From assembly GCA_040326155.1 (NCBI GenBank), contig JBEQLE010000001.1, positions 1-64,000 of the forward strand: a stretch of 64,000 nt of DNA. The letters are read 5' to 3'. The notes beneath the pieces are model-generated. The model was not told where the DNA came from, ran no database searches, and was given only the letters and a program-made list of their open reading frames with translations. The stretch comes from Leptospirales bacterium. Its GTDB lineage: Bacteria > Spirochaetota > Leptospiria > Turneriellales > JAOUFE01. Shown here piece after piece: positions 58,347-64,000 of this stretch (within the stretch, counting starts at the first letter, position 1; each line of letters starts with the position of its first letter). Made by a program: the position numbers and the translations under genes.

Positions 58347-58614
58347 AATAGGTGAAACGGAAGATTTTATTCGGAAAATAAAGCATCGAGATTTTAAAAC
58401 TATCAGCCATAAAATAGAAAATTTCGTTTATCCACAGTTAAAAATCAACCCATTTTACGGTCCAAATATAAAGAAATTAAAAGGGAAATATAAAGAGATA
58501 TACCGTTACCGTGTCGGTAATTTCAGATTATTTTACGCAATAGATTCTAATGAAGTTTTGATTATCATGATTGATATAGAGAAGAGAAAAGATAGCTACA
58601 AAGGGCGTAAGTAG
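58330..58614 (+). CDS. RelE/ParE family type II toxin
   Basis: NPFYGPNIKKLKG...YRYRVGNFRLFYAID...IEKRKDSY. Confidence 0.9.
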   Translation: MHHEFEIGETEDFIRKIKHRDFKTISHKIENFVYPQLKINPFYGPNIKKLKGKYKEIYRYRVGNFRLFYAIDSNEVLIIMIDIEKRKDSYKGRK

Positions 58615-59178
58615 TGAATTATGGACATCGTATTACTCGTCTGTAGAATAAGTCCATCAGAGCAATAAATAATTCCCCAGTGAGAGATTTTTGAGCTTAT
58701 TTGTCCGTCTTTCATTCTTGTTTTTCCCGTTACCAGCTATCTCATCTAAATATGTCCACTAATTTTCCATTACATTACAGATTTTTCCTCTATTGTGAGC
58801 CAGGTTGAAAAAGAGCCATTGGCAATTCACCTTCCGTTGGCTTGAGGCCGATAGCGGAAGCGGTTATATTTTAATAATCCAAGTGGGTCAGATATTATTA
58901 GTTTATTTATGCTATTGGTATATTTTTTGTAGCTTAGTTTGTAAAGATTATACACTTCAGTAATTAATTTAATTGGAAAATCTAAAATATCTACGCTTTT
59001 ACAATGCTTAATATCATCGATAGTTATCCAATTTGCATTTTCACTGGCAAATGATATAGGCAAAAACGCATATTGAAAATATTACTGTTCATTGACTAAA
59101 ATATCAGTTCGAACCAGCCAAGTGTTCAGCAACTTCGAATAAATCATCTTTTTCTGCTTCAGCTATGGCCTGCGCAAT

Positions 59179-60018
59179 TCAATCTACCAGATAATGGTAC
59201 AACTTCAGGTAATCGGCAAATTCAAGTTGGTCAGCTCGTTTTGTCAGTAGAATTTTAATCGTATCGTCTTCTACTTCTTTGAGCCTGCTTTGAAACCGCT
59301 CTCTTATCTGTTCCAGACCTTCTGCCTGAATAAATGGATTTTTCAACAGGGAGTTTTGCAGACTTTTTCGTTTACCCCAGAAAGCTGACCTTAGTATAAT
59401 TTCAAACTGTTCAATTTTTTCAACTTTATGATTTCTGGTCCAGACTACCCAACTAGCATCAACCTTTGGTACCGGGTAAAAATTTCCTTTTTTCATCGGA
59501 GCAAACACTTTTGCATCTCCAAGCGAGTGTAGATACAACGCCAATGAGTTACCCTTTGGCACAGTAATTTTATCGGCTACGTCTTTTTGAATACCAAATA
59601 AAAAACGGTTCACAAAAGGCATCTTACCGGCTACGCGTGTAAGAATCGGAGCTGTAATATAAAAAGGAAGGTTACCGACCGCCTGGGTAACATTTGCTTT
59701 CTCCCAGACACTTATATCCATTTTCAAAAAATCGGACTCCATAACTTCCAGCTTTCCATTTTGAATTTCGTTCGAATATTTTTCTCGTAAAAAAGCCGCA
59801 AGGGAACGATCTTTTTCACAGAGTATCATAGAATATCCGCGAGTTAAAAAAAATTCAGTTACGGCGCCAAGACCCGGGCCTATCTCGAGAATTTTTTCTT
59901 CGGGAATAATTTCTTTTTCAGCCCCTGTCAGAGAGTTTGTATGTAAAAGAAAGTTCTGACCAAACGATTTTAACGGAGGAATTCCGATGCGCTTTAAAAG
60001 CTTGGACGGATGTTCCAC
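59179..60018 (-). CDS. rsmA: 16S rRNA adenine dimethyltransferase
   Basis: KSFGQNFL, ILEIGPGLG, VGNLPFYIT, FYPVPKVDA, FWGKRKSLQN. Confidence 0.93.
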   Translation of the reverse strand: MEHPSKLLKRIGIPPLKSFGQNFLLHTNSLTGAEKEIIPEEKILEIGPGLGAVTEFFLTRGYSMILCEKDRSLAAFLREKYSNEIQNGKLEVMESDFLKMDISVWEKANVTQAVGNLPFYITAPILTRVAGKMPFVNRFLFGIQKDVADKITVPKGNSLALYLHSLGDAKVFAPMKKGNFYPVPKVDASWVVWTRNHKVEKIEQFEIILRSAFWGKRKSLQNSLLKNPFIQAEGLEQIRERFQSRLKEVEDDTIKILLTKRADQLEFADYLKLYHYLVD

Positions 60019-60019
60019 G

Positions 60020-60811
60020 TTACATAACGTTTTTCATCTGGGCTAGGCGACCCCGCAAACGCATTATTGCTTTCGTATGAAGTTGAGATACTCTCGATTC
60101 TGTTACTTCCAGCACTTCACCAATTTCTTTTAAAGTAAGGTCCTCATAATAATATAAAACGATTACTTTCTTTTCTTTTTCGGGAAGTTTTTGTATAGAT
60201 TCAATAATTATAGTTTTAATTTCTTCACGCTCAACCATAACATCGGGGTTCATATTAGAGGGAGATTCAATCGTCTCCATAAAAGAGAGTTCATCGGAAT
60301 CATCGTTCCCGTGCCAGATATCATTCAGAGAGACCAGACTTGTGCCTGATATTTTTGAGACCAATATATGAAACTCTTCGAGACTTAATTCGAGTTCTTT
60401 GGCAATCTCTTCATCTTCAACCGTTCGCCCCAGTTTATTCTCAAGCTCAACAATAATCTTTTCAATCTGTTTTGCCTTTTGTCGAATCGATCGAGGAATC
60501 CAGTCAATACTTCGCAGTTCGTCAAAAACTGCCCCGCGTATGCGAGTCATTGCATATGTTTTGAATTTTACTTCTTTCGATGGATCGTATTTTTCAATTG
60601 CGTCTAATAACCCAAACGTTCCATAACTGACAAGATCGTCAAATTCTACATTATGCGGCATACCAACGGCAACTTTGCCAGCGACATACTTCACCAGCGG
60701 CGCATATTTTTTTATAAAATAATTACGAATTCCAGGTTCTCTGGCCTGAACATATTCTCGCCAGATGTCTTGTTCTTCTCTATCGTCGTATTGTTTTGCT
60801 TTTAAACCCAT
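60020..60811 (-). CDS. fliA: RNA polymerase sigma-28 factor (FliA/WhiG)
   Basis: [57 protein letters not shown]. Confidence 0.96.
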   Translation of the reverse strand: MGLKAKQYDDREEQDIWREYVQAREPGIRNYFIKKYAPLVKYVAGKVAVGMPHNVEFDDLVSYGTFGLLDAIEKYDPSKEVKFKTYAMTRIRGAVFDELRSIDWIPRSIRQKAKQIEKIIVELENKLGRTVEDEEIAKELELSLEEFHILVSKISGTSLVSLNDIWHGNDDSDELSFMETIESPSNMNPDVMVEREEIKTIIIESIQKLPEKEKKVIVLYYYEDLTLKEIGEVLEVTESRVSQLHTKAIMRLRGRLAQMKNVM

Positions 60812-60899
60812 GACATAACCTTGATCTGTGATAAATGCTACATAAGATCCTACCAATAAACATCAATTGAGGGGAAACGTCAACCCTTTTACCCAAATA

Positions 60900-61415
60900 T
60901 CAGTCATCATCGTCACTATCTAGCACATGTTGGACCGCTTTAGCCATTAAATCTGGATCTTTTTTCATCGGGATACCCTGGACAACAATTTCATCCTCTT
61001 TTCCTTTTCTTTTGCCCAATTCCCCTTTTTTTCGCGCAATTTCTTCTTCATTGATAACGACATCACCCATATCTTCATACTCTCCGGCATCTTCGCTATC
61101 TGTTTTTTCAGAACCGTCTACTTCACTTTCATCCGTAAATTCTTCGGGCATAGGAATATCTTCCAGGTGGTCTTCACTGAGTTCAGGTTCCAGAATGTTA
61201 TCGACTTCGGCAACAAACTCAGGAATAAACATTTGTATTAACTTATAAAGCAAAAAACCGAGAGCGCCCATAACAACAGCTGATAAAAGAGGACGCAAGA
61301 GAATGGAAAAAAAACTTAATTCTCCGGTTAGAACAAAGATAAATGAGATTACAAACCCTGCAAGAGCCATCGCGGCGCTGATTTTAAACCAGGCTTTCTT
61401 TAACAACTCTTTCAT
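60900..61415 (-). CDS. Conserved spirochaete-type membrane protein between flhG and fliA
   Basis: Two TM helices, acidic tail, DPDLMAKAVQHVL C-terminus. Confidence 0.75.
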   Translation of the reverse strand: MKELLKKAWFKISAAMALAGFVISFIFVLTGELSFFSILLRPLLSAVVMGALGFLLYKLIQMFIPEFVAEVDNILEPELSEDHLEDIPMPEEFTDESEVDGSEKTDSEDAGEYEDMGDVVINEEEIARKKGELGKRKGKEDEIVVQGIPMKKDPDLMAKAVQHVLDSDDDD

Positions 61416-61419
61416 AACA

Positions 61420-62352
61420 TTAAATTGTATCATCACCCTGGGTGAATACCCTTTTGAAGAAACTGCTTAAACCTCCGCCTGAAGACGAATGTTTTACATC
61501 TAGGTTATTCAGCCGCGAAGCAATTACTTTTATACAACTACTGGCTTTTGAACCGGGGTATTGCAAAAGAAAGGGCTTTTGTCGACGTACAGATTTTCCA
61601 ACATGTTCATCGTCGTAAATAAAGCCGCCGGGTTTAATAACTGTATTTAAAAATTGCTTTGTAATGCCGGTAATCTTCTCTGATACTTTTTTAGCTTCCA
61701 GCGATGAGCCTGCTCGATTTACAACTAATTGTATCGACTTGTTCGGGTCTAAGAGAATAATCGATTTTATCATCCCATAAGCGTCGGTAATAGCTGTGGG
61801 TTCAGGAGTTGTTATAATTAAAACTTCATCGGCTGGCAGAGCAAAACCAAGAACATTGTCACCAACACCAGCTCCGGTATCAATAATCATAAAATCGTAA
61901 CCCGATAAAGACATAAACTCATTTATAATACGAACGCGCTCTTTTTTCGGTAAATTAGCAAGCATTGCATAGCCCGAAGCTCCGGCAATTACATCTAACC
62001 CTTCTGGTGTTGTTGTCAGAATCTCCTGGATAGTCTTATGTCCCTTCACAACATGGTATATATTATATTTTGGAATTACCCCCAACATGACATTTACGTT
62101 GGCTAAACCAAGGTCGGCGTCGAGTAGTATAACTTTTTTGTTCATTTTTGCTAAAGCAATAGCCAAATTTACAGATACGGAAGATTTTCCAACTCCTCCT
62201 TTTCCACTTGTAACCGTAATTACTTTGGTAACCGGATTTGGCTCAGGTCTGTTTTCTATGTTTTCGTTGTTATTCAATTTATCAACAAGCGTTCTTAGAT
62301 TCGAAGCTTGGTCTCCCGTGTCGGTTTCCATATTAATATCTTTTAAGAGCAT
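61420..62352 (-). CDS. flhG: Flagellar number regulator, MinD-like ATPase
   Basis: DQASNLR, SGKGGVGKS, DADLGLAN, IIDTGAG, TPEPTAITDAY. Confidence 0.93.
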   Translation of the reverse strand: MLLKDINMETDTGDQASNLRTLVDKLNNNENIENRPEPNPVTKVITVTSGKGGVGKSSVSVNLAIALAKMNKKVILLDADLGLANVNVMLGVIPKYNIYHVVKGHKTIQEILTTTPEGLDVIAGASGYAMLANLPKKERVRIINEFMSLSGYDFMIIDTGAGVGDNVLGFALPADEVLIITTPEPTAITDAYGMIKSIILLDPNKSIQLVVNRAGSSLEAKKVSEKITGITKQFLNTVIKPGGFIYDDEHVGKSVRRQKPFLLQYPGSKASSCIKVIASRLNNLDVKHSSSGGGLSSFFKRVFTQGDDTI

Positions 62353-62400
62353 ACACCACTATCGGTTCGTTTTCTTAAATATATTTCCATTTTTTTCCTG

Positions 62401-63741
62401 TTAAACCAGCCATTTTCCTTCGGGGTCCAACACCATTTTGGCCAGATATTCCGATTCAGCTTCTTTGTAATCATCGGGAACCTTCTGTCCATTTGTAAAA
62501 AAAGAAAACGGTTTGTTTCGCTCTTCAGCTATTTCTATAAAGTTACCAAATTGCTGACTTTCGTCCATTTTTGATAGCACAATTCGGTCTATACCAAAAA
62601 TATCAAAAGTACGCAGAACCTGCTTAGCGTCTTCTGGTTTGGATGTGGCAGATATAACCAGATGTTTTTCTATTTCTGAATGCCCATCGGGAAAAAAAGT
62701 TTTTTGTTTCAATAAAAACTCTCGGTTATTCTGACTGACCCCCGAAGTATCGACTAAAATGACATCAGCAGGGTCTTCAGCAAGAATCCTATGAAACTTT
62801 TGAGGATCTTTCGTAACAAAAACAGGAACATCTAAAATATCGGCGTACACTTTCAACTGTTCGGTTGCGGCAATTCTAAAATTATCTAAAGTAACCAAGG
62901 TGACCCTTTTTTTCTCTTTCAATTTTAAACGAGAAGCCAGTTTCGCTAGAGTTGTGGTTTTACCCACTCCTGTAGCGCCGAGAAGCGCTATAACTCGACC
63001 AGAACCTATTCTAGGGTTTACTTTTATACGAGCACTCAACATTTCAATGGCTCGTGAATAGACTTTTTCGGGAATTTTCCACTCTCCCTGTGGTAAAACA
63101 CTTTTTAAATTTTCAAGAAACCCGGCTCTCCATTTCTCACTGAATTGTTGGTAAAGAAGCACCGATTCAATCTCTTCTAAATCATCTTTTTTAAGTTGCG
63201 ATTCAATAGGATTTTTAATTAAAATGGAAATCTTTTTATTAATGGCGTCAATATCTTGTTTTATTTCATGAATTGCATTTTCGGGCGCATCAATACTCTT
63301 TGTCTTTTGAGCATCAGGACCTCTTTTTAAAGCTTTTCTTTCTGTAGTTCGTGAAATATTTTCAAATTGAGGAGCTGCAATATTTTTTTCAAAACTTATA
63401 TCTTCGAGGTTAAAATCTTCTTTCGCAGTGTTCAGTCTTGGCGATTGGTCCAGCAAATCTAAAAATTCTTTTCCTGCATGCATATCTTTCTCAAGAGAGA
63501 CAGTTACAGGAATATCAGGAATTCCATTTTGCGGGAGTATGGTAGAGTTCTTTTTAGGTTTCGATTTTTTTTCGGCAAGGGCAGCTTGAATCATAAACTG
63601 CTTTTTACCTATCATCCGCGATAAAACTGTTTTTGCGGGAACCTCTTTTTCATAATATATAATAGCTTCGGGACCATACGTATCTCTGAGTTTTCTCATC
63701 GCTTCGGCGTGAGAATTGCCAATTACTTTTACATATTGCAT
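62401..63741 (-). CDS. flhF: Flagellar biosynthesis SRP-type GTPase
   Basis: GATGVGKTTTLAKLA, DNFRIAATEQL, LVDTSG, SKMDE, GQKVPDD. Confidence 0.95.
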   Translation of the reverse strand: MQYVKVIGNSHAEAMRKLRDTYGPEAIIYYEKEVPAKTVLSRMIGKKQFMIQAALAEKKSKPKKNSTILPQNGIPDIPVTVSLEKDMHAGKEFLDLLDQSPRLNTAKEDFNLEDISFEKNIAAPQFENISRTTERKALKRGPDAQKTKSIDAPENAIHEIKQDIDAINKKISILIKNPIESQLKKDDLEEIESVLLYQQFSEKWRAGFLENLKSVLPQGEWKIPEKVYSRAIEMLSARIKVNPRIGSGRVIALLGATGVGKTTTLAKLASRLKLKEKKRVTLVTLDNFRIAATEQLKVYADILDVPVFVTKDPQKFHRILAEDPADVILVDTSGVSQNNREFLLKQKTFFPDGHSEIEKHLVISATSKPEDAKQVLRTFDIFGIDRIVLSKMDESQQFGNFIEIAEERNKPFSFFTNGQKVPDDYKEAESEYLAKMVLDPEGKWLV

Positions 63742-64000
63742 TTAGAAAACAACCTCTTCTTCAGTCTCTTTATTATCAGCAAGGATAGCTTGTCCAACAA
63801 TTTCTACCCTGATATCTGTCGGAATTTCTTCATAAGCTATAGAGGCAAACATACGCGAACTCAACTCTCTTTCAAGAATCATAAAAACCCCGGTTCGAAC
63901 TTCGGAGCCTAATACAAATATGGGAAATTTCTCTTGTTTTTGAACACTGTTAAATGCCGCAATCAACGAGTCTCGTATACGTATCTGTTCATGCGGATCC
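63742..64000 (-). CDS. flhA: Flagellar export protein FlhA, C-terminal end (partial)
   Basis: Frame is open to the window edge; ...EVRTGVFMILERE...IAYEEIP...; immediately upstream of flhF. Confidence 0.85.
   Translation of the reverse strand, partial: DPHEQIRIRDSLIAAFNSVQKQEKFPIFVLGSEVRTGVFMILERELSSRMFASIAYEEIPTDIRVEIVGQAILADNKETEEEVVF

Noticed and set aside
1..64000. rRNA, tRNA, integrase, transposase or prophage genes
   Set aside because: None recognised by eye. A tRNAscan/Infernal run would be needed to exclude small RNAs formally.

Overview
AT-rich bacterial chromosomal window, most consistent with a spirochaete of the Leptospirales type. This is inferred from the flhA-flhF-flhG-hyp-fliA cluster, spirochaete-type lipoboxes and Leptospira-like Rhs proteins and long attC-like repeats. 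Housekeeping and signalling genes (mtnP, pepA, trpA, dxs, rsmA, MCP, HD-GYP, adenylate cyclase, cNMP-patatin, radical SAM) alternate with accessory regions. Main points: (1) At 0.4-4.6 kb, a tightly coupled three-gene putative immune system (PRTase-like, ORC/CDC6-like STAND ATPase, CARF/Rossmann-like) is packaged like one ~4 kb integron cassette between long attC-like sites. The upstream site carries a 96-bp MITE exactly at its GTT core. (2) Two giant SpvB/Rhs proteins (2.3-2.6 kaa) share an internal transmembrane helix plus lipoprotein-signal (lipobox-Cys) insertion just before the Rhs core. Neither has an adjacent immunity gene. (3) A CuA-type heme-copper oxidase operon has the active-site helix HTIVN (Tyr replaced by Asn) and the gene order II-I-SCO-membrane protein, which points to an sNOR-type NO reductase. 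It is followed by an HPP protein and faces a divergent TetR with a palindromic operator. (4) An ORF6N gene has an in-gene 31-bp palindrome that is duplicated upstream. (5) A MarR-arsM plus toxin-antitoxin islet lies among degraded cassette remnants. No integrase, transposase, reverse transcriptase, CRISPR array, rRNA or tRNA was recognised. All family calls come from motif reading by eye; no database searches were run.
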